Assembly (NCBI GenBank): GCA_965649765.1 | Contig: OZ287750.1 | Location: 7,378,001 to 7,442,000 of the forward strand | Reading direction: 5' to 3' | Length of the DNA: 64,000 bases | Source: Bispira polyomma | Lineage: Eukaryota | In this document: positions 36,701-43,762 of the stretch, piece by piece | Layout of the letters: each line of letters begins with the position of its first letter | How positions within the stretch are numbered: the stretch's first letter is position 1 | The notes under the pieces: model-generated | Told to the model about the DNA's origin: nothing | The model's database searches: none | What the model saw: only the letters and a program-made list of their open reading frames with translations | Program-made: the position numbers and the translations under genes

Positions 36701-39700
36701 AGTTCCCCCATCCAGGAAGAGTTTGAGTGTGTTTAGTGTGTGTATCTCACACCTGTGCTTTCTGTTGTTCACACCTGTACTTGTATACCCTTTCGTGTGG
36801 GAACCTGGCAAAGTCTCCAGAAAAGAGTTCCCCCATCCAGGAAGAGTTTGAGTGTGTTTAGTGTGTGTATCTCACACCTGTACTTTCTGTTGTTCACACC
36901 TGTACTTGTATACCCTATAGTGTGGGAACCTGGGCAAGTCTCCAGAAAGGAGTTCCCCCATTCAGGAAGAGTTTGAGTGTGTTTAGTGTGTGTATCTCAC
37001 ACCTGTACTTTCTGTTGTTCACACCTGTACTTGTATACCCTATAGTGTGGGAACCTGAGCAAGTCTCCAGACAAGAGTTCCCCCATCCAGGAAGAGTTTG
37101 AGACCATGCTCCTGATTGCCCACTATTATGCTATCAGGTCTGCTGCCCTGGGACACAAGTCTATGGAGTCTGTGGCTGCCAAACTCTCTGTCTCACTGCT
37201 ACGTCACACAGACATCATACCAGCCGACAAAGCCTTCTATGAAGCTGGCATCATGTGTAAGGTAAGGTACTGGCTAATGCTCTTGTTAGTAGTCATATTG
37301 ACTATTATAACTCACTATTGTATGTTCCATAACAGTTTGATTAAAGTAGATTCCACTTAGTTCAAAATGCTCTTTGTGGCATCATTCCCATGCCCCTAAT
37401 GAAAACTACACACTGGCTTCCAATCCAACAAAGAATAATTGCTAAGCTTCATCTCATCATCCAAAAAACATTAGTTGGGCCAACATGCTTTATTCCATTA
37501 TATTGGTGATTCTTATATGGCCTTATATGTGAGAAACACTCATACAAATAAATCTAGACCTCAATGTCTTTAATTTGTAATAAACAAATGTTATATTGAT
37601 TTAAGAGAATTATTTCAAGAATGTATTTTTCCTCAAGAGTGTCTGTCTATACTTCTTGACAGCTATCATCCATACAGACAAAGTTATTTTGGTACTACAT
37701 GTATAAAAAATAACATTATACTAAATGTCATATGCACTACATGTCTTAAAGGTATATTTCATAGAGAAACTCTATTTTTGCATGTCTTTGTTTGTATTTC
37801 AGGCTATTGGGTGGGAGAACATGGCTTTTGTCTTCTTGAATAGATATCTTGATCTTGTGGAGGTAGGTGTTGTAAATATTACTGTCACTGGCTACTATAC
37901 AATATCTTAAATATTGACATAAAAAGCTCACTCACTCAAAAATTATATATTAGGTCAAATGTGAATTGTTGTTTTTCTTATTGGCATATTTGAGCCATCA
38001 GCTAAGATTCTTTTAGGTCACTGAATGTTTTCTGACGACATAAAAAACATGAGAGGCCACAGTGGTCTAGTGGTTAGAACCACCTGCTTCACAATCACTG
38101 GCCCTCTCACTAATGTGGGTTTAAATCCTGTTTGGTTCTTCATGTGGGAAAGTTGGTCAGATACTTGCTGTAGTTTGGTGGTTTACAGTGTTCCACTGCT
38201 GGTTTCGTTTCACCCTAAAATCTGGCTGTTATGATATGACCTAAGCTGTTAAAAAAGACCTAAAACCCAACTGAATTAAATTTAAAGTAAAAATCATGTG
38301 CTGCAAAATTTGTACAAGTCTAGGAATTACTAGGAGAAAGTCTAGGAATGACTTCATGCATGGTAGATAAGGATAAAATACTAAAAACTTTTGAGCATGT
38401 GAGCAAGTCTAAGGTGCCATGTGTGTGTTTTCAGGCCATTGAAGAAGGTTCCCTGGATATGCTGGACCACACAGACTTCCAGGAGACGGACATCCCTGCA
38501 GAAATCCCTCTCCCTGAGAAGCCCTACCTAGATGTATGTATGCTCATTCTAATAGTAGTGATTAAGAAAGAACAAGGGGAAATTTTTAAGAGCTTTAATA
38601 TCTGCAATTGTATTTGAATAGTATGAATGAATAAAGTTCAGAAGACAGTAACATATTTGTATATCTCCTTTAACAGTAGGGGTGCGACAGGGGGCCCGGT
38701 GTCCGAAAGACGGTTCGGTTTGTTTACTGTGCGGGTCCGCTATTACTACCCGGTTGTCCGTTTGTATAATAAACTCGCAAAGATTCCTCATAAAATACAC
38801 CATACTATATACCTTTTAATAAAATATGTGAAATCCCTTTATTTTTTTATGTTTTACTGTCTTTATTTGGCCATTTAGCACTTTCAGTACCTTTAAGTAT
38901 ACCTGCGAAAAACCACACTTCCTGTTCCATGGTTACCGTAAAATCCAAATCTTCTGCTGTGACGTGGGGGTAGCTGGTAACCGATAATTTCATGACGTAA
39001 ATTTTAGAAATAAATATATCCACATGTTCTTTATAATTTTATATTATATGGAATTTAGTTAGATTAGTGTTGAATCTGTTGATTAGATAAAATATAGGTA
39101 TGGAATCGAAGAGAAGTGTTGTGTGGCAGTATTTCGAGGTGAATGAGGACAAGACAAGGACAAAATGTAGTCTATGTGCTACATCTTTATCTTTCAAAGG
39201 TATGCTTTTGCTGTAAACTAATTTTTTAAGCTACAATTTTGACATCAATAATTTCGATTTTCAAATTTGATTATCCAAAGATAGGAGTGAACTTAAATTT
39301 TTGCATTTTCAAGGGGGAAATACTTCCATTATGAGGAGTCACCTTACCTCTAAACATCCTGGGGTTCAGCTCAACAAAGATACATCCAGTGGAGTGAGTG
39401 GACCAGTAGTCAAGCAGTCTACCCTATCCTCTTTTGTTAAAAGAAGTACTACCTTGTCTGAGGCCCATCAGCAGGCGATCACAAAAAAAATTGCAATTAT
39501 GTGTGCTTTAGACTTGAAGCCATTAAGTATTGTAGAGGGCCAGGGATTTAAGCAATTTGTAAATGCCTTAAATCCCCAGTATAGGGTTCCATGTAGAAAA
39601 ACTGTCGGAAAATACTTGGAAATCATTTATAATCAAGAAAAAGAGTCCTTTGTAGAGAAGGTAGGATCAATGCCTGGCTTTAACGTCATGATTTATGGAC

Positions 39701-42700
39701 AAGTACAGCCCTGCAGGGCTATATTACAGTTACCGGCCACTTCCTCTCTAGTGATTGGAAGTTAAATTCAAATGTGGTTGCCACCCGTGTTGTTGAAGAT
39801 AGACACACAGGTTCCAATATTGCCTCAGAGATTGATCAAATTTGTAAAGAATTCAAGATACACCAGGTTTCCTCCATCGTCACTGACAATGCTAGTAACA
39901 TGGGCATTGCTGCCAGAGAACTCAGCATTGCCCATGTTCCTTGCTTTGCTCATACTTTGCGATTATCCATCGAGGATGGTCTTAAACTTCCTCAAATTTC
40001 AAAAACATTAGGGGCAGCTAGAAGGTTGGTAGGTCATTTTAGCCATTCTGTGTTGTCCACCAACGCATTAATTTCAAAGCAAGAGGGTGGTCAAAGGCTT
40101 AAGTTAGTTCAAGATGTTCCAACTCGTTGGAATTCCTCATATTTTATGATGGAACGCCTTTTGAAACTTCGTGTTCCACTTTATAGCGTAATTTTTGATG
40201 ACTCCTTGATCAAGCCTGGTGACCGTGTCCGACTTGACCTGAAGGACTCTTTCTGGAAGGTCATGGAAGATATTTCCCCAGTTTTGGAACCTCTGGCTGA
40301 TATGACCGAGATTTTAGGGAATGAATTTAGCCCTACAGGTAGCTCTGTGCATGTTTTACTGCAAAGTATGATATCAAGTATTCTTAAGGCTTGTACAGAA
40401 GATTCAGGTGTTGTGAAAGATCTTAAATGTAAAATTCGTGAAGGCCTTCAGAAAAGATTTAAACTAAATGGTGAGGGCATCCCTGATGATGTGATTATTT
40501 CTAACTCCCCTTTGCTCCTAGCTTCCATACTGGATCCTCGGTACAAGTCTGTAATTGGCAGGGATACGTTGCCTCCGGCTAAGTTTTCAAAATTGAAAGA
40601 TCGGCTTCTAGAATTATTGCATACAGTTGAGTCTGACCATGGTCAAGTTGTACAGTTAAAAAATAAAGAAGCTGCCAATGCTCCTGCTACCAAAAAGTTC
40701 AAAATTTTGGATATTATTAAAGGTGACAGTGATAACAATTCAAATTATAGTATCTCTGTTGAGAAAGAGCTAGATGAATACCTGGCTGAACCAGTACGAA
40801 TGTCATGTCCTCTAGAATGGTGGACACAACATCAGAATAAATTTCCTAAACTTTCAAAACTTGCAAGAAAATACCTGGCAATACCTGCCACCTCAATTCC
40901 ATCAGAAAGAACTTTTTCTACAGCAGGCCAAACCATTACCAAATTAAGATCGGCCCTGGACTCAGAGACTGTTGACCAAATCATTTTTCTTAATCGCAAT
41001 GCCGCACTTAAACTTCTAGGGGAAAAAGCTTGTACCAGTGTTGAGGTTTCAAAGTTAGGAAGCTCAGGTAGAACCTTGGAAAGTGTTCAAGGTCAAGCTT
41101 TAGAAAACATTTTAACTGATGTAGTGGCCACTGAGGTTAAGGAAGAACATGATGAAGACCTGCCAAAGTTTGACTGAATTTTGAAGAATTATATTTTATT
41201 GTAAAATAAACAAAAAGACAATAATGATGTTTGAACTTGTGCAGTTTAAAATTAAAAAGACAATAATGGTGTATGAACTTGTGCAGTTTAAAATTAAAAA
41301 GACAATAATGTATGAACTATGAATTATGTATGAACTTGTGTTCATATTACAATTTTTTTATTCTCCAAAATGTGGAGAATAGAGACAAATTCAGCTTTTG
41401 CAAGCACTTGTAATGCTTCAGGTACGATTTTTATTGTCACATGAAATAAAACAATGTTTCTTTATTTTTTTTATTTATTAATTTTATTTTGTCCTTACAT
41501 CCATCTCTTACCTGTGGCAGAAAATACTAGTTTTACTGTATTCTGTGTTATAGTATGTTCCCTCTTCATTTCCTGTTTCCATGGTGACACCGGTAAGTAC
41601 TCTTTCTTGTGAATACTTATACAAGTCAATATGGCTTGTTTTACATACAGAAAGTACTGTATTTGGTGTTTCTTAGTTTTCTTTAACTTTTCCCACATTT
41701 AAGTAGGTTTTTGTATGATTTTATATGCATATTACCAGCACACACATTTTACGGTTACCCGGACCCGACTCGGTTTTTTGTACGCGGTTCCCCAAAGTAA
41801 GATATTTCGCCCCGTCTCACCCCTATTTAACAGTTCTGAGTTAAATTGTAATTCACAGTTTGCACAGTGTTCTGCAAGTGGTGTCAGTCATACTTTTATC
41901 AATTGCTTAATTTGCTTATTTAGGCCTTAATTGTCAAAGTGTTGTGGATTATGTCAGATGAAACTTTTCACTGTTGGCAGTTGTTGCTGTTTATGTGGTT
42001 TGAAGTCTTTTTTTGTTGTTGATTATGCTGTGTGTACATTGTGATAACTAGACTTTGCTGTTTGTTTTAGGATGCCAAACATGAGGAGATTAAAGAGTGG
42101 GTGTTAGCAATCTCAATGGACCAGAATGTGGAACAGGTGCTCCCTAAAGATGAGAGGGACACGTATGAAGCCTCTCTAGTGGCTGCTAACACGGGCATTC
42201 GCTCACTTCCCTGTGTCGTCACAGGTTTGTGTAAAGCTAGCATTTCAAAGGGTTCATCCCTGGAGTCATTGTATTACTTATATATCACTCCGTGATAATG
42301 GCGGGTTTAAACTATAATTTAACAGTACACATACAATAGGAAATAAGAGTGATGCATATTTTTAATATTTTATTCTGAGAGAATGTGACTACATATTTGC
42401 ATTCAGCATTGAATGCTTTTCTAAAATGGTCATAAGTATAGGTTTTTTCCACCAACAGGAATTACACTTAGTTTGTGAAGTCCCACAGTTATAGTAGTGA
42501 AAATTTTAACTTAAAAATGGTGATCTTTTTTCACAAAAAGTGCTTAGATTTGTAAATATGAACTTTATAACATCATGGTTTCTGTTGCTGAAGTTTTCAA
42601 TCAATACCCAAAACAGTGGCCTACGATGTCCACAACCCAAATGTAATAGATAAGAATTGGAGATATTAAACCTGGACAAGACGGTAAACTGTCTCATAAA

Positions 42701-43665
42701 GTGTTTTATGTATAAGTTTTTACGTGATAGTATTTTAAAACATTAATGATATATTTTCAGGATATCCTGTCTTAAAGAACAAAATGGAATTTAAGACACC
42801 CGGGAAAGCAGCAAATAAAGATGATTGGAACCGAATGTTAATGTCTACAAAGGTAGAGATACCCAAAGTTTACTTCTGTTTCCAGACAAAACTAGTCCAA
42901 TGTGTTCAGGGGCCGTATTTACAAACGGTCTTAATCTTAAGTTTGAGATTTGGGTCTTTGATTTTTGTTAAAAAGGATAATATTTTGGTCTCAGTCCTAG
43001 TGACAATAAGACAAGGTCTTTGGTTAGTGTTAACTTTGTTCTTTACACAAAGACTAAAAGTAGGCAGTATTAAATATTTTCGACAGTATTAAGACATTTT
43101 CAATATTAAACTCAAGACTAAATTAAGACTATAATTTTTTGTGAACACTGCCTCTGCATTAGAACACCAAGCCAAGAAAAGGCATATGAAAGCATGCTCT
43201 AAATGTGGTTGTGTGTGAAATAATTATAGGATTGTTTTAAAACTTTTAAAACCAACTAAAGTAGTAACTCCTTAATGAATTCCCCTTGTCTATAGAATAT
43301 AGCATACATGTATATGTAACATTCTTTGTAAATTGTACCTTGTTCATTCATAATTCTGCTTAAGTAGAGTTATTTCTAAAGGTCCCTTGAGATGAAACTT
43401 AAGACTTCTATTATATGAACTTCTGTTATCTGAACATTTTTATCCAAACATTAAATTTTAAGAATATCCTTTTACTCTATCAAATTCACATTTTTCTATT
43501 GTTTTGTAGAAAACATGACTGCTCTATTTTATAAATCTACCATTAACATACACAATGACATGTTTACTATTGCAGGTATCTCACAGTGCAGAATGTTCTG
43601 ATGTCCTGAAGTTCCTTGGTACCTGGTGTGGCCAGACTCCTAATCCAAGCTACTCCTTCCAGTAA
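6789..43665 (+). CDS. IFT172: Intraflagellar transport protein 172 (WD40 + TPR, IFT-B), 38 coding exons, ~1752 aa
   Basis: Exons read with GT-AG ends and continuous phase: 6789-6827, 10280-10536, 11209-11314, 11701-11780, 12944-13246, 13738-13861, 14235-14330, 14695-14827, 15238-15320, 16033-16222, 17045-17109, 17551-17598, 17796-17963, 18577-18713, 20163-20270, 20607-20691, 21469-21640, 22183-22313, 22804-23015, 23822-23926, 24642-24800, 25377-25553, 26214-26313, 27034-27186, 28144-28445, 29042-29222, 29978-30087, 30390-30525, 31807-31905, 32491-32600, 33009-33159, 33954-34181, 37046-37261, 37803-37862, 38435-38533, 42071-42224, 42761-42852, 43576-43665. Total 5259 nt, divisible by 3. The N-terminus [39 protein letters not shown] and C-terminus [21 protein letters not shown] match vertebrate IFT172 as I recall it. 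Confidence 0.97.
6868..6881. promoter_or_regulatory. Candidate RFX X-box in IFT172 intron 1
   Basis: GTTTCGTTAGTAAC approximates the 14-bp X-box consensus GTTNCC-AT-RGNAAC and lies 40 bp after exon 1 of a ciliary gene; IFT genes are established RFX targets. Confidence 0.5.
7109..7335. mobile_element. MITE with ~80-bp TIRs and 9-bp TSD (Mutator-like)
   Basis: TIR TAGACGTGGTTACCGC...AAAACTGGAGAT is mirrored at ~7255-7335. TSD TCAAAGTGG at 7100-7108 and 7336-7344. Confidence 0.9.
9573..9654. repeat. 41-bp tandem duplication
   Basis: TCATTAAAGTGAACCAGYATGAGTTTATTTTGCAAAATAAA x2. Confidence 0.85.
10871..10919. repeat. Perfect 49-bp palindrome (24-bp arms, 1-nt spacer)
   Basis: AAAGATTTCGTAAGTCAGTAGTTT-A-AAACTACTGACTTACGAAATCTTT. 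Confidence 0.95.
12055..12870. mobile_element. Tc1/mariner-type MITE containing a ~20-bp minisatellite (12072-12536)
   Basis: Ends CAGTAGAACTCTTCTTAT / ATAATAAAGGTTCTACTCTA resemble the CAGTCGAACCTCTATTATCC family. The internal array unit is TTAAACTTCTGTTATCCCAT. Confidence 0.65.
14930..15000 (+). mobile_element. tRNA-derived SINE head
   Basis: A box GTGGCCTAGTGGTTAGG and B-box-like TGTTCGACTCC. Confidence 0.6.
15565..15750 (+). mobile_element. tRNA-derived SINE with CORE-like segment
   Basis: GGTGATCAGAAGGTCCCAGTTCAACCCC head and CTTAGGCAAGATGTAAAC..ATTGCCTAC, shared with copies at 21145 and 29685. Confidence 0.55.
16185..16777 (+). repeat. 46-bp tandem array spanning the exon 10 donor (10 near-identical + 3 degenerate copies)
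   Basis: Unit GATGACTTACCTCATAGATCTGAAAACTATAGCCATAA|GTAAGTGA starts at 16185, 16231, 16277 ... 16599. The first copy is the real exon end. Confidence 0.97.
17357..17530. mobile_element. Degenerate MITE of the CCTCTATTATCCAAAC family
   Basis: CCTCTATTATCCAAAC ... TTTGATAATAGAGG inverted termini. Confidence 0.55.
18345..18510 (+). mobile_element. Degenerate SINE copy
   Basis: AAAGTTGGCAGTAGATTTGCTGAAGGC..GTGTTAAAAGTGACATT matches the copy at 32215. Confidence 0.55.
19080..19430 (-). mobile_element. Degenerate L2-like LINE fragment
   Basis: The minus strand shows remnants resembling AP.LW.DLPHDV....[11 protein letters not shown] across frameshifts. Confidence 0.4.
19785..19840 (+). repeat. 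Diverged echo of the exon 15 acceptor
   Basis: TTCAG|AGTCGTAGCCTTCCTGATGACTCTGGAGTTG versus real CCCAG|AGCCGTGGCCTTCTTGGAGACTCTGGAGTTG at 20163. Confidence 0.8.
21145..21340 (+). mobile_element. tRNA-derived CORE-like SINE
   Basis: A box GGTGGCCTATTGGTTAAG and CCTTGGGCAAG core motif. Confidence 0.65.
21588..21785 (+). repeat. Two-copy (~113-bp period) echo of the exon 17 donor
   Basis: 21701-21785 GTACCAAGAGTTACACAAGTAGGATGAGGCATTGGAAGTAGCAGACGTTAGGG|GTGAGGG repeats 21588-21673. Confidence 0.9.
22263..22587 (+). repeat. ~88-bp x4 array spanning the exon 18 donor
   Basis: AAAGAGAGGGAGGGAGACTATATGGCAGCCATCAACCTCTAYATGAAG|GTAGGAA... occurs four times. Confidence 0.95.
23025..23470 (+). mobile_element. 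Degenerate Helentron/HINE-like interspersed repeat
   Basis: GTCC-type microsatellite remnant, repeated GCAGATATCA(TCA)CCAAA and an AAAACAAGATGGCCACC box (cf. CGACCATCTTGTTTTT at 60207). Confidence 0.4.
24028..24275 (+). mobile_element. tRNA-derived SINE
   Basis: GGGGGTCGCGGTGGCCTAGTGGTT A box, GGATTGAATCCC B box, and tail GATATGAC..GCTGTTGAAAGCAACGTAAAACCCAAA. Confidence 0.75.
24315..24555 (+). mobile_element. tRNA-derived SINE (second subfamily)
   Basis: GTGGTATAGTGGTAAC A box, GGTTTCAAATT B box, and the same type of tail as the copy at 32215. Confidence 0.7.
25228..25410 (+). repeat. Three-copy array spanning the exon 22 acceptor
   Basis: TAAYCAGWACCWAT.T.TYCAG|GTACTAYATTGAGGC with CAG|G at ~25259, ~25309 and the real site at 25376. 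Confidence 0.93.
25599..25752. mobile_element. Tc1/mariner-type MITE
   Basis: TA-CAGTCGAACCTCTATTATCC ... ATAATAAAGGTTTTACTG. Confidence 0.7.
25848..26042. mobile_element. Tc1/mariner-type MITE, same family
   Basis: TACCGTGGAACCTCTATTATCC ... AGAGGAGGTACTACTGTA. Confidence 0.55.
26385..27072 (+). repeat. Duplicated SINE plus exon 24 acceptor echo
   Basis: SINE copies at ~26388-26600 and ~26688-26905 are each followed by GTAAGGT..TTACTGT.ACC..T.CACTGTGTTT. 26651-26686 copies the start of exon 24 (GATCTGTTACAACACACACCTTACACCTGGGTA); a second short echo lies at ~26951. Confidence 0.85.
27680..28123. mobile_element. MITE with ~90-bp internally repetitive TIRs
   Basis: CAGTTCGGAAAAGAGCAGAATTCGG..CTGCAACCCTGAAGTTCCTGAATT is mirrored by AATTCAGGAACTTTAGGGTTGCAG..CCGAATTCTGCTCTTTCCTGAACTG. 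TSD unclear. Confidence 0.85.
28597..29010 (+). mobile_element. HINE/Helentron-like repeat
   Basis: 5' hairpin AGTAGATTGGC..GCCAATCTACT after a T run, with internal GACCTTGA / GTGCAAYATCAT repeats. Confidence 0.45.
29200..29668 (+). repeat. ~78-bp x6 array spanning the exon 26 donor
   Basis: AATTAGCTGTCAAGTACTACAGG|GTATGTA.GTCCTAAACTAAGGGGTGTTTGTATGTCAAGT..TTGGAGATGTT repeated. Confidence 0.95.
29685..29850 (+). mobile_element. tRNA-derived CORE-like SINE
   Basis: GTGGCCTAGCGGTT A box and CCTTGGGCAGGATGTGAACACAGCATTGCCT. Confidence 0.55.
29870..29970 (+). repeat. 18-bp minisatellite just upstream of the exon 27 acceptor
   Basis: (GTATATGTATGTGTATTG)n, about 5 copies. Confidence 0.9.
30255..30435 (+). 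repeat. Two-copy echo of the exon 28 acceptor
   Basis: CACACAG|AGGGGTAGATGCCTGGTCCAACAGGCCAGGTAGTGGGAATCT at ~30276-30324 versus real CACACAG|AGGGGTAGAAGCTCTGGTCCAACAGGCCAGGGAGTGGGAGTCT. Confidence 0.92.
31358..31765 (+). mobile_element. SINE with a second SINE fragment nested in it
   Basis: GGTAGCCTAGTGGTT A box and GGGTTTGAATCCC B box. The body is interrupted at ~31515-31700 by the other subfamily and then resumes TTTAAATCTGGCCATCG. Confidence 0.6.
32210..32445 (+). mobile_element. tRNA-derived SINE (second subfamily)
   Basis: Colinear similarity to 24315-24555. Confidence 0.65.
33140..33690 (+). repeat. 35-bp x9 array, then ~65-bp derived units, spanning the exon 31 donor
   Basis: TACTACTGCTCAACAACAG|GTAACTAAGAACTCTT at 33141, 33176, 33211 and onward. 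From ~33450 longer units retain TTTACTACTGCTGA. Confidence 0.95.
33745..33990 (+). repeat. Three-copy (~90-bp) array spanning the exon 32 acceptor
   Basis: ACTTGTCCACAG|AATCCCAAACT.CT.CCCAAGTA..TKGCTCAGTATG with CAG at ~33771, ~33858 and the real site at 33953. Confidence 0.95.
34341..35268 (+). mobile_element. Helentron-associated (HINE-like) non-autonomous element with internal tandem repeats
   Basis: 5' TATGTCTACCCC..GGGTGGACATA hairpin, CCGTCCGCCGTCCGTC microsatellite, two ~155-bp and ~2.3 ~170-bp internal repeats, 3' GAGTAGACA sub-terminal IR and TACACC..GGTGTA hairpin. Confidence 0.7.
36023..36167. mobile_element. TA-flanked MITE
   Basis: TACCCTAAACTCCCTCATAATAGCCCATG / CATGGGCTATTACGAGGGAGTTTAGGGTA. 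Confidence 0.88.
36270..37102 (+). repeat. 125-bp x7 array spanning the exon 33 acceptor
   Basis: Exon-start TGTGGGAACCTG occurs at 36296, 36421, 36546, 36671, 36796, 36921 and the real site at 37046. Confidence 0.97.
38052..38285 (+). mobile_element. tRNA-derived SINE
   Basis: GTGGTCTAGTGGTTAG A box, GGGTTTAAATCC B box, and the same body as the copies at 24028 and 26388. Confidence 0.75.
39100..41177 (+). pseudogene. hAT transposase (BED zinc finger, ZBED1-like), one intron, frameshifted near 39670-39690
   Basis: Exon 39100-39199 [20 protein letters not shown] intron 39200-39313, then [15 protein letters not shown]. Later motifs DLWTS (in a shifted frame), TDNASNM, CFAHTL, TRWNS, LDPRYK and [11 protein letters not shown]. 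Confidence 0.9.
41212..41340 (+). repeat. ~42-bp x3 repeat in the hAT 3' region
   Basis: AAAAAGACAATAATGRTGTWTGAACTTGTGCAGTTTAAAATT repeated. Confidence 0.85.
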
Positions 43666-43674
43666 ATACATAAA

Positions 43675-43762
43675 AAAATAAGGGGCCAATGTCGAACTTA
43701 CTAAAATAAGGGGACAATGTGGAACTTACTAAAATAAGGGGACAATGTGGAACTTACTAAAA
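43675..43762 (+). repeat. 27-bp x3 repeat just after the IFT172 stop codon
   Basis: AAAATAAGGGGACAATGTGGAACTTACT repeated. Confidence 0.9.

Larger units (their letters stand above)
38677..41825 (+). mobile_element. hAT DNA transposon in IFT172 intron 35
   Basis: TIRs TAGGGGTGCGACAGGGGGC / CGCCCCGTCTCACCCCTA, 8-bp TSD TTTAACAG (38669-38676 and 41826-41833), and an internal transposase. Confidence 0.96.

Noticed and set aside
36255-37101. Series of near-identical 73-78 aa ORFs
   Set aside because: By-products of the 125-bp intronic array, not a gene family.
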